Positions 52,714 to 64,000 of a stretch of 64,000 nt of DNA are shown in pieces. Each line of letters opens with the position of its first letter. Positions within the stretch are counted from its first letter, which is position 1. Source of the stretch: Eledone cirrhosa (Eukaryota); assembly GCA_964016885.1 (NCBI GenBank), contig OZ024747.1:31682001-31746000 (forward strand), read 5' to 3'. Under the pieces are notes generated by a model. The model saw only the letters and a program-made list of their open reading frames with translations, was not told the origin of the DNA and did no database searches. The position numbers and the translations under genes are program-made.

Positions 52714-53277
52714 CTAAGGCGGGTAAAATTCTCGAGATCCATGGACGAGTTCTCTCCAGCGGTCTCTGTCCCTCATTATCGCTGCCATGTCCTGCGTCTC
52801 CAATAGACCAGTGTCTGTCCTTAGGGCATCAACATACGTTAACCTTGGTCTTCCTCTTCTAGTTTGTCCCTGTAGGGGCTCCCAAAGGAGCACTGAGTGC
52901 AATGTCAACTCTGGATGTCGGTGAGCATGTCCAGCTAACCTCAGTCTCCTCTGTGTCACTTTTGAGCTGACTTTTGGGATGCTCTCATACAGCTCTGAGT
53001 TTTTCATCCTCAGTGTATACTGATTAATGTTCAGAGCCATCCTCAGCACTCCCGTGCAGCACCCATCCACCATCTGAGCGAGCCTCTTGGTCAGTGTCCA
53101 AGTCCCAGACCCACGCAGCAGCACAGACTCCACCACAGCAACGAAGAGGCGGACCCTCAGGTCTCCACGAAGGTCCGACTTCCACACCGATCCCAAGCTG
53201 CGGCACGCCGCCCAGGCCCCGCCCCTCCCCCCAACCACACCATCCTCCGCACTCCCAATCCCAATCCTGTATTTGGG
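52714..53277 (-). mobile_element. 5'-truncated RTE/RTE-X-type LINE 3' fragment whose 5' ~220 bp are A-to-G hypermutated
   Basis: AWAAC..WKSDL..RLF..VESVLLxGSxTWTLTK..DGC..LRMALNI..RRLRLAGH..RHPE..LLWEP..RRGRPRLTYVD. Confidence 0.88.
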
Positions 53278-53324
53278 AACACATATATATATATATAAAT
53301 ATATACATACACATATATACATAT

Positions 53325-53830
53325 ATTAAGGAAGCATTAATCCTGGCCAGAACACTCCCATAAATCAATAATAGACTAGAACTAAGTACACAATACCTAA
53401 CGTAGAAGGCTACTGGACTCTACATGGTAAAGCACACCTAGGCCTGCTTACAACCACATTATCCATCTGGAATGTGTATATGCATTCATGTGTTTACACA
53501 ATTCCACCCATGCGTGTTTACATATTTGCATGCGTGCTTACACACATGTAAACATACACGTGTGTATCAGTGCATATTAATATATATGCACCTAAGCGGA
53601 TTTAAAGGGAAACAACTCTATGCCCCCTTTGACCTGTCCAGACATTCGTTTTAAGACAAAAGAGGTTAAACAAAATTAAATAAATAAATAATAAAACCAC
53701 TTCTGGTCAGCATGGTATAGCAAGCCACATTGGACACTGGAATAGTTCCTTTATTTTCCTTGGCAGAAGAGATATTAATCTCGAAATATCAGGACATATG
53801 AATAAATTAAGGTATAAAAACACTCATTGT
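53325..53830 (+). mobile_element. Penelope-like 3' end remnant
   Basis: IKEALILARTLP*INNR, plus HHR-like AGAAGAGAT(atta)ATCTC-GAAA-TATCAGG at about 53765-53793. Confidence 0.5.
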
Positions 53831-53939
53831 TTGGTTTGGGTTGGTTTCGCTTCTGTGTCTTTTATATCTCCATAGTTAATTTATCTGGCAATCAATGTTT
53901 ATCATTCATTGACCAACAGTTAAAAATACAGCATTAAAT

Positions 53940-54820
53940 ATATATCAAATTTCTTTGTCACACATCTGTGACATCATCAGTGGTACTATTAGGTTTCCTC
54001 CCATTGTATTGTAATGCCTACGCCATTTTTATTTATTTATTTCTTCTTCTCTCTGTCTCTCTTTGCTCATGCGTTTGCGTGTGTGTTTCTTGTTTGGTGT
54101 GTGTGTTAGTGTTTGAGTGTATGTGTTTTTGTATTCTATCTTTTTGTTTAGGTAAGGCTGTTGCTGTTATTTCATTCGTTCTTTCTGTTCAACTTCGGTC
54201 TTAGTTCTATCTCAGTTGCTTCTCTCATTTGTCTACCTGTTCAGTCATTTCTATGCTTAGATATTATTTTAATTTTTATGTTGTCTATATTACCGTCATG
54301 TCTTTGTCCGGTGTGTTCAGATAGTACTGAACCGTTTTTTCGTCCTTTTAGTTCTCCTCAGTGTTGATCTATTCTTTCTCCTATGCTTCGAGATGTCTCA
54401 CCTATGTATGTCATTGTCATTTTTCTGCAAGTACCCTCTGAACATCTTATGCTATAGACTACATTTCTAGTTTTACAATCTACACCCAGAATGAGGGAGC
54501 AGCCATTGACGTCAGCATAGCTGGCGATGTTGCCAATCTATTTATAGTATGGTGGGAAAGGAGACTCAGAGAACTCCATAGCCCTCGTCATGTATTCTCA
54601 TTATGTAAATGATATTAATATAGTAATAAAAACACCCCCACAAGAGAGCCAATAAACCTGAATTAGAAAATAGTACAATGGAGAGCATCCAGCAGATAGC
54701 TAGCTCCATACACCAGAGTATAACTGTAACTGTTGACTACCCTTCCAAACACCCTAACAATAGACTACCAGTATTAGACACGGAACTCTGGTTAAACACT
54801 GTAGATGAGAGGACCCAAAT
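53940..54820. mobile_element. Penelope-like element with internal inversion (GIY-YIG on minus 53940-54485; RT piece on plus 54490-54820)
   Basis: The minus part is homologous to 13895-14500 (CKTRNVVYSI..YIGETSRSIGE) with CTGATGA TGTCACA..TGTGAC. The plus part reads SIAGDVANLF..YVNDINI..DYPSKHPNNRLPVLDTELW. Confidence 0.75.
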
Positions 54821-55167
54821 ATATATATATATGTGTGTGTATGAATGTGTACATATATATATATGTTTGTGTATATATATATATGAATGCACTGTGTGTA
54901 TGTATTCTGTAAGAAATTTATAATAATGTTTGCTTTTTTTTTTAACTTGTCTCCATGTAAAAACAATATAAATATTTCCCATAAAATGCACAGACTTTAT
55001 CTCGTAACTGTCATATTTTAGGCTGAGAGCCATGGTCTTAACACTTTGTCACTTGTATACAAAATGACATACTACAGAAATAATTTCTTTTTTATATTAT
55101 CCATGTCGACAGTATGAAATATATATTATTTTAAATAATACTTCTCATTTTATATATCTCCCCCCCT

Positions 55168-56000
55168 AAAAATGAAAGGCAGGTTGTACGATGCCTGCAT
55201 ACGAACAGCAATGTTGCATGGCAGTGAGACCTGGGCATTGTGTGCAGAGGATATACGCAGACTAGAGAGAAACGAAGCTTGCATGCTCCGCTGGATGTGT
55301 AATAGTAATATACGTGAACGGCAAAGCATAAACGAACTAAGGAAAAAATTAGAAATAAGAGGGATCAGATGTTGTTTACTCGAGAGAAGGCTACGTTGGT
55401 ATGGTCACGTGATGCGCATGAAGGACGATTGCTGTATAACAAAGTGCAGGGCAATAAAGATAGACGGTAGCCACGGAATAGGCAGACCCAGAAAAACCTG
55501 GGACGAGCTGATAAATTCCGACCTCACACACTTACACCTCACCAAGACAATGTCACTGGACCGAGACCTTTGGCGGTACTCAGTAATAGAGAAGACCCGC
55601 CTTACCTAAATACAAAGTAAAACCTACTACAGTCAGTAGGCATCTCTAACAAAATACACCCCCGTCCCACCACCCACACCTCATCCACACCGCCCCTTTC
55701 AATGTAAAGTTATGTTGGTGCCACAACATCCAGGCCGAAACAAATGAGATCGTGTAGGTGTCACGTCAAAAAACACACAGTTCACGCTGTAATGTGGCCG
55801 TGTAAGCAACACGGTAAAAACCTCCCAGCCCCACACTGTAAATGTGGTTGGTGTTAGGAAGGGCATCCAGCTGTAGAAAACCCGCCAGATAGTCCTATGC
55901 GAGCAAGATAACCACTCTTGCCTCAAGTGGGAAAACCCCCGTCCAAACCCATGCAAGCGTGGAACACGGACGTTAAACGATGATGATGATGATGATGATG
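55168..56000 (+). mobile_element. Young 5'-truncated RTE family A copy
   Basis: ORF 55172-55609 differs from the last 145 aa of the 15064 ORF at about 5 residues. Full 3' UTR and (GAT)n tail. Confidence 0.95.
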
Positions 56001-56519
56001 GCTCTTTGAATTGTTTGTATAAAACTGAATTGGTTTCTATCAAAAAGACAAAACTCCATCCATTGAATATAAGAATGAAACAATGAAGTATAGAGTTGCA
56101 TCTTGTATATATATTTTGGAAAAGTCTTGCATGTTTTCACTGTTCTTCTTATTGATTGAATGTTCAGAATACAAGTTAATTGATCACTTCTATTGCCTAC
56201 ACACCCTAGATTTCCCAGAATGCCACTTACACATTTAGTAATAAAACCAAGTACATCGAAAGTTATAGCTACAAATATAAATGTATAATCTGGGTAAAGA
56301 AGATGTAGGCTTAGAATCAGTCAACCATAAATGTTCTTATCACACTTATTTTAAATACAATGTTTATAACCACTGGGCAGCTGACCTCCACAACTGTACA
56401 GTAAAATTCATACAAAGAAACACAACTTATATGCATATAAAACAAAGAAAAAATTGGGAGAAGACAAGCACACACAATTGCTGGCACATCAAGGAGCACC
56501 AGGGCTTCTTTCTAATAAT

Positions 56520-56690
56520 TTTAAAGGCAAACCAATCCACTCAGAGCAATGTTGGGGGTGATAGTGAGGTTAAAATGATTAAGGCAAACAAACACAATCA
56601 GAGCATTGGTGTGGATGATAGTGAGGTTAATATGCTTAAGACAAACCAACACACAGCATTGCCATGAATGATAGTGAGGTTAAAATGCTG
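56520..56690. repeat. ~57-bp tandem repeat (about 3 copies)
   Basis: AAGGCAAAC..CAC..CAGAGCA.TG..GATAGTGAGGTTAAAATG.TT units. Confidence 0.8.
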
Positions 56691-57319
56691 GAATAACCAA
56701 ACACCTTCACCAAAAACGTTACCTGAAATATAGGTACTGCCAAAAATATAGCTGCCAAAAATAACATTACATAGTTTATGTTTTCTGTACCAAACAACTA
56801 TATCAGACCACTTGAGTATGAATGTTGTGTAAGGTTTGATGAGAATGTTTCACTTATGTTATGAATGTCGAAAATATTGTACATCAGAGATATTTTTAAC
56901 ACTTATCACTAAGGTCCCAGTGAATGACATTGTCTATTGTTTTACAACAACTTCATTCCACAGGAAGGTAATATTGTGATGATATTTTACAACAGCTGTT
57001 GATCACACATATGTTTTCTACAAATATGTGACAATCCATATTTTGGGGGAAGACTCATGAGAGTTTAGATGCTTAGCTGTGTTTGATCTGTACTTCAACA
57101 AGTATTTATGAGATATATATATTCTGCTCTTATAACAAAAATATAACCTTTTAAGTGTGACATAAATGTAACAGTGATGACTTCAAGAGTAGCTACACTT
57201 CCTGTAGATAGTGCCATTATTCTTTGTATTTATGCATATCAATGTATATATATATATATACATAAATATGTATATGTATGATTATAAATATATACACACA
57301 CATGCATGTATTAGTGTAT

Positions 57320-57368
<49 letters not shown>

Positions 57369-58209
57369 CCCACATATCTAAATAGATGTATGTATATGTG
57401 TGTGGAAGTATATGTTAAATCATATGTTTGTATGCATGTAATTTGTAGGTAGCAAGCAGAAGGTGATCATGAATATAACTTTAAAAAAACCCAATGCTGC
57501 CAATTCACCTCACCACCCTTTCAAACAAACATAAAATACTAAAAAAAACAAAAAAAAAAACAACATAAGTAACCAAAAGGTACTACAACATTCTGGTCAA
57601 CTGGTTCGTCGAGCCTTACGAGACTGGGCCATACTACAATATTAAAATCAGAGAAGCAATTACAACTGAATCTGTTTGACACAAAGAAGATTCCAAAGAA
57701 ATTGGTGCCATTGGTAGATAGAAGCAATGGAAGATACTATCAGAATAAATATTGGTAGAGAATGAATTTCGGTGGAAAGTAGCATTCTTTTGTCTCTCAA
57801 GTAATTAACCATATTAGATAATTGGAATTTGTGTGTAATGTAATTATTTCAAACTCATTATCTCAACAATTTATATGTATGAGTGCACACGAGTATTTGT
57901 GCGTGTGTGTGTGTACAAATGTATGTATCTATCTATATGTGTATGTAAATATATATGCATACATGTGTACTTATACATATATGTGTACATGTATACACAC
58001 ACATATTTATATATATGCATATATATATTTATATATACTTACACACACAATGACAGTCTAACAGAGTGACACAGACAAAATGAGTGGGATAGATAAACAG
58101 ATTGATCAACAGTTATAGAGACATATATATAAATATATATGTTAGACTATATATATAGAGAGAGAGAGAGACATATATATCACTATCTATATGTTAGACT
58201 ATATATATA

Positions 58210-58299
<90 letters not shown>

Positions 58300-58325
58300 A
58301 ACATATAGATAGTGATATATATATA

Positions 58326-58577
58326 TCATCATCATCATCATCATCAGGTTTAGCGTCCGTGTTCCACGCTTGCATGGGTTTGGATGGGGGTTTTCCCACT
58401 TGAGGCAAGAGTGGTTGTCTTGCTCGCATAGGACTGTCTGGCGGGTTTTCTACAGCTGGATGCCCTTCCTAACACCAACCATATTTACAGTGTGCGGCTG
58501 GGAGGTTTTTACCGTGTTGCCTACACGGCCACATTTACAGCGTGGACTGTGTGTTTTTTTGTCGTGACACCTACACG
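58326..58577 (-). mobile_element. RTE family A 3' UTR-only insertion
   Basis: Matches 14660-14920 and 55750-56000. Confidence 0.9.
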
Positions 58578-58630
58578 ATAGAGAGAGAGAGAGAGACATA
58601 TATATATATATATAGTCTAACATATAGATA

Positions 58631-58684
<54 letters not shown>

Positions 58685-59395
58685 AACATATAGTGATATA
58701 GCCCATGCTAGCATGGAAGAACGGACGTAAAACGGTGGTGATGATGATGATGATGACAGCATGAGAGAGAGATAAACAGAATGATGAACAGTTATAGAGA
58801 TAGGAAAGAAGCAGTGAAATCTAATTTTCTTAGTCTACAAGCTCAGAATATATAATTTTCATAAAGTGAATATTGAACAAGAACCAAATCAATAATATAT
58901 TATTTATGGGATACAAAAACTAGATGAGGATAAACCTAGCACTAATTATCTTGATATTATTAATAAATTACTAATATCATAGAGTACAGAATTGGCAGAC
59001 TCATTAGAGTGTCAGACAAAATGTTTTACAATATTTAGTTAAGCCTCTTTACATTTTGAGTTCAACTGTTATAGTTGGCATTGCCTTTCCAGAGCCTCCA
59101 TTACAGTCTTGGGATTGGGGGGCTGAAATATATATACTGTACATATGTATTATTATTATTGTATAATCCCGCCGAAGTTTACTTTGCCTTTTATCCTTAC
59201 GGGGTCGATAAAATAAAGTACCAGTAATGTACTGGGTAATTGCTGGCCTTGTGCCAAAAGTAGAAACAATTATTGTATAATACATTGGATTCCTCTTATA
59301 TCCATTTATTTTCTCAGAAATACACAATTGTGTGTTCACACATATACACACAAATACACAGAAACAAAAATACACAACCACATACATACATACAT

Positions 59396-62300
59396 AGTAG
59401 TAATTGTCACCACATCAACAACGAGGCTGAAATTCATGACTCTACTGAACAAACAGAACACCAAAAACTTGTGGACACCCTACAAATGATATGGAACAAT
59501 ATGTTTCAAGAGATACACAGCCTTAATGTGAGTGATAGACCATACAACACCAGAATCAGTAAAGAACCCACTAAATTGGAATTGGAAGCGGTGAACGGAA
59601 TAGCTGGCAATTATCTGAAGGCTATACAATCTAAAGGTGTAGAAACGACATTTGAAACGCTTAATATTTTTTTATATGTTTCAGCTGTCACATTGCTATC
59701 ATATAACACACATCTAAAAACACGCAAACAAGATACAAACAGAAAGCCTGAACCAGCGTGGATGCGAAATTTAAAAAGCAAAATTTTGTCCCTGAGACGA
59801 AGTATCTCACACATCGCAGTCGTTATGAAATGCAACAGAGAGAGCAACTTCACACGACACCAGGAAGACCTAAAAAAAAAGTTAGAGAGACGATTTGGAG
59901 ATACAAAATTTAAATCGTTGAACTCCAAATTACACCAGTTGAAACAACAACTCACAGCTACAAAAGAAAGACTAAAATATAAGTCAACAGCACATAAACG
60001 ACAAGTGCTAAATAGATTGTTTGCCAGAGATCCTAAATCAGTTTATCGCAGCTTCGGTGGCAAAAGCTCAATCCCTGTAAATGACACCCCTTCAAAAGAA
60101 CAGGTTGAGAACTACTGGAGATCTGTATGGAAAACGGATGACGGATTCAACAGACAAGCTAATTGGCTAAAACAACTGGAACAGGACTACTGCCAACATG
60201 TCCAGACAAAACAATATGACATAGATGGGTCAATACTGGAAACAGCTCTACAGAAAATGTCAAATAGGAAATCGCCAGGCCCAGACCTCATTACAGGATA
60301 CTGGTTGAAGAATTTCACTTTCTATCAGCAAGATCTCATACAGCTGTTTACAGAAACCATTAAAGGCACACAAGAACTGCCCAGATGGATATCAACTGCC
60401 ACTACTCTCCTCATTCCCAAAAATAGCCAAACCACCCTTGCTAAAAATTACCGCCCAATAGCCTGCCAAAACATCATGTATAAATTATATACTGGGTGCC
60501 TTAACCTGTTCTTACAGGATCATTGTGCTACCAACAACATCATAACACCTGAGCAAGCTGGTGGAAAGAGGGAGGTGTGGGGTTGCATAGATCACCTACT
60601 AACTAACAAAATGATTCAGGAAAAAACAACAAAGAATCGCAGAAACATGACTGTGGTGTGGCTGGACTATCAAAAAGCATTTGATAGTGTACCTCATGGG
60701 TGGATTATTAAGGCTTTACAGTTAGCTAAAGTCCCACAACCATTGGTAGCTGCTGTTGAACGCCTGACCAAGAACTGGTACACCAATTTGATCCTTAGAG
60801 GTGAGAAGGAGCAAGTTAAGACTGATAAGATACATTACCTGAAGGGCATCTTTCAGGGTGATAGCTTGTCAGTGCTACTCTTCATTCTCTCACTGAATCC
60901 ACTATCTTACCTACTCAGGAAACAAGGTGGACAAAGAAGTGGGCCCAGAAGTATCTCCCATCTTTTCTTTGTTGATGACCTGAAGTTGTATGGGCCAAAT
61001 ATCAATGACATCAAGAAACAATTGGACCTCATTACACAATTTTCAACCGACATCAAAATGAAATTTGGCGAGTCCAAGTGTGCATATTTGGCAGTAAAAC
61101 GTGGAAGAGCTGTGACTCCTCTAGAAATCTAGAGATGAACGGCCTGACAATACAACCTCTACAGTCAGGTGACAACTACAGATATCTTGGACAGGATGAG
61201 AATGTCAGATCTGATGGACCCATAAATAAGGAGAGAACCAGAACTGAATACCTCAGAAGAGTAAAGAAAATATGGTCATCAGAACTGTCAGCGTACAACA
61301 AATACATTGCCCACAATACTTATGCTGTGCCAATTCTAACGCCAACATTTGGCCTGCTGAACTGGTCATTGCAAGAACTAAGTGAGATGGATGTTAGAAC
61401 TCGAAAATTTCTCAGTGTTACTGGGAACTTTAACATCAATGGTGATATGGATAGGTTATACTTCTCACACAAGGAAGGTGGCCGGGGTCTAAAATCAATA
61501 TTAACAACATATGAGACCCGGATAGTAACACTGAAGCAACACTTTCAACAGAGGAAATAGGTTGGCAACCATCTTGCCCAGGTTTATGAGCATGAAAAAA
61601 AAAATATCATTAGAATAGCGACTGATCTGTAGGAGAGATATGGAATAAAGCCTGATATAAATCTCTCACCCAGAGAAATCGAAAGATCCTATTCAATGTT
61701 CAAACAAGATTAAAAAATTGACCAATTTACAGAAAAAGTTGTGGATGGATACTTGAGGCGTAAAACACAGACCACAGAGGGGATAAACCACTCAAAAAGC
61801 CTGGAATGGAGTTCCGACAAGTTTATGACATCACACCTTGAGGGATATCTCTATGCAATACAGGAACAAGAACTCCCTACCAAATATCTGCTGCACAAAA
61901 GAGGAGGGCCAACAGCTGACAATAAATGTAGGCTATGTAAAACAAAGATCGAGGATGTAAGCCACATTGTTGCCAGCTGTGAAAGAATGTCATCTCGCTA
62001 CTACCTCCCCATGAGACACGATGGGATAGCTAGAACCATCTGGAATGCACTTCGGAAAACAAAATTAACAACAAACGAGGAAGAATATATTGAGACAGAT
62101 GGCACTAAGGAATACTGGTGGAACCTGAAAATAAAAAGTGCCACCAAATTAAAGCACAACCGGCCTGATATTGTTGTTTGGGACCACACATTGAAAACGT
62201 GTTCTGTCGTGGAGATCAGCTGCCCACTTGATGTAAACGTTGTCAGAAAAATACAGGAGAAGGAGGACATCTACGGACCATTGATGAGGAGTTTACAAAT

Positions 62301-62581
62301 CCAGTATCCAAGATACACCTTTAGCTTCATACCCATCACTATTGGAGCTACGGGTTATATACCAACCCGCTTGGACCAAAGGATGACTGAACTTGGATTT
62401 GCGGACAAAAAGCGCAGCTCCCTAATTCATAGTCTACAAATGGCTGCGATAGCTGGTATCTTCAAAATTTGCAATACATTCTTGCGATTCAAGGGATGAC
62501 AATTTCTTTTCTTTTACAACCTTGCCACCACGAAGGTGGCCGGTCAAACAAAATATACTCGAAATTAAGAGAAAGAGATAA
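59396..62581 (+). mobile_element. R4/Dong-clade non-LTR retrotransposon (RT + CCHC + restriction-like endonuclease), 5'-truncated, few lesions
   Basis: KSPGPD, NYRPIAC, WLDYQKAFDSVPH, GIFQGDSLS, FFVDD, YRYLG, GGRGL, CRLC..SHIVASC, RHD, RPDIVVWD..EISCP..KEDIY. Frameshift near 61130 and stops near 61560-61710. 17-bp direct repeat flanks. 3' hairpin GCCACC acgaa GGTGGC. Confidence 0.92.
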
Positions 62582-62825
62582 CACATACATACATACATCC
62601 AAATACATACATACACAAGCATATATAAAAGGCGAGGAAGTAAACACAATGATAATAATTATTAGAATTCATAAAGAAAATGTCACTGGTAGTGGATGGT
62701 TGAGCTGAAAGTATTTAGAAGTGGCAATCACTTTGAACAGTTGTACCATCTATTTCAAGTAAAGTGTATAATATAAGAGGTGATGGCAGGAAAATAATTA
62801 TGACAATGGTTTGTATGTGTGTATA

Positions 62826-64000
62826 TCATCATCATCATCATCATCATCATCATTTTACGTCCACTTTTCTCTGCTTGCAAGGGTGGGACGGGTCTTATTC
62901 AGCACAGCATCTCTCCACTCGTCACAGTCCCTCGTCATCTCCACCGTGAGCTTGATTTGAGGTCTGTTCTCACCACCTCCGCCCATGTTTTTCGTGGTCT
63001 ACCTCTACCACGTCTTCCTTCAACTGGCAATTCCTGGCACTTCTTCACCCATCGGTCATCCTCCATGCGCATCACATGTCCATACCACCTCAGTCTCCTC
63101 TCCCGTACACTACATTCAGACACAGTTTCTCTCTCAACACATTTATGCTGGATCGTTCACGCACATTTACACTGCACATCCAACGGAGCATGCTTGCCTC
63201 ATTTCTCTCCAGCCGTCGCATATCCTCTGCAGTTGCTGCCCATGTCTCACTACCATGCAACATCGCGCTCCTCACACAGGCATCATACAACCGGCCTTTC
63301 GTACGCAGGAAGAAACCCTTCTTCGTCAACAGAGGAAGCAGCTCCCTAAACTTCTTCCAACCCGTCCTTATTCTAGATAATATGGCCTCGGAACACCCTC
63401 CTCCCATGCTAATCTGATCTCCTAGGTACCGGAAGCTATCCACCACTTCTATAGCGCCCTCTTGCATTTGAAAAATGTGTCTATCAGTGCGACTTCTACT
63501 GTCTAATTTCCCTGTACATCTACTGCATACATATTTCTCCCTACCTGTTAGTTTGCCTGCTATCCCACTACATCTCTTGTGTACCCAGGATCTGCATTGT
63601 GTGCATTTTATAGAATTTATGCCAGTTCCTTTTCTGCATATCGAACATGGCCATTTCCCTGACGGAATCAGGGTTTTGTCCTCTTTTCTACTCATCAACA
63701 CTTTTGTCTTAGCTAGATTCACTCTCAGTCCTCTTGCTTCCAACTGCTGTTTCCATAGCCAGAATTTATTCTCTAGCTCCTCTACTGATTCTGCTATAAG
63801 AACCAGATCGTCAGCATAGAGAAGTTCCCATGGACAGCCAGTCTTAAACTCCTCTGTTATGGCTTGGAGGACTATAATGAACAAGAGCGGGCTGAGGACC
63901 GAACCCTGATGTACTCCTACTTGTATCTGGAATTCCTCACTAAACTCCATTCCTACCCTGACTTTACTGAGAGTACCTCTGTACAAAGTTTGCACTATCC
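62826..64000 (-). mobile_element. Young RTE family B 3' portion (runs off window)
   Basis: 301-aa ORF with GVHQGSVLSP, YADD, CSIC..CTQCRSWVHKRC..CSRC and FRYLG. (GAT)n tail at about 62826-62853. Confidence 0.93.

Noticed and set aside
59273-59395. N-terminal part of the 619-aa ORF
   Set aside because: It lies outside the putative TSD in CA-rich flank and starts at TTG; it is fortuitous read-through.

Overview
AT-rich, microsatellite-dense animal DNA, most likely from a coleoid cephalopod (octopus-like). This is inferred from CORE-type and Meta-domain tRNA-SINEs and abundant (GAT)n-tailed RTE LINEs. No host protein-coding exon can be supported; the window is almost entirely transposon-derived. 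It holds two families of PHD-finger-containing RTE LINEs, including one copy with an uninterrupted 1038-aa APE-RT frame (15064-18180, minus), and their partner SINEs. It also holds a near-complete R4/Dong-type RLE LINE (59396-62581), Penelope-like elements with many minimal hammerhead ribozymes, a decayed autonomous Helitron plus non-autonomous Helitrons, a Merlin (IS1016-like) element with TSD and MITEs, a CRE-like fragment, and many local foldback duplications. The most striking signal is a ~220-bp block (53041-53260) of an RTE-type LINE fragment with a strand-specific A-to-G hypermutation pattern in ADAR-type neighbour context. It may be an A-to-I hyper-edited RNA written back into genomic DNA; an assembly artefact must be excluded. 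All family assignments come from motif recognition by eye, not database searches, and most boundaries are approximate.
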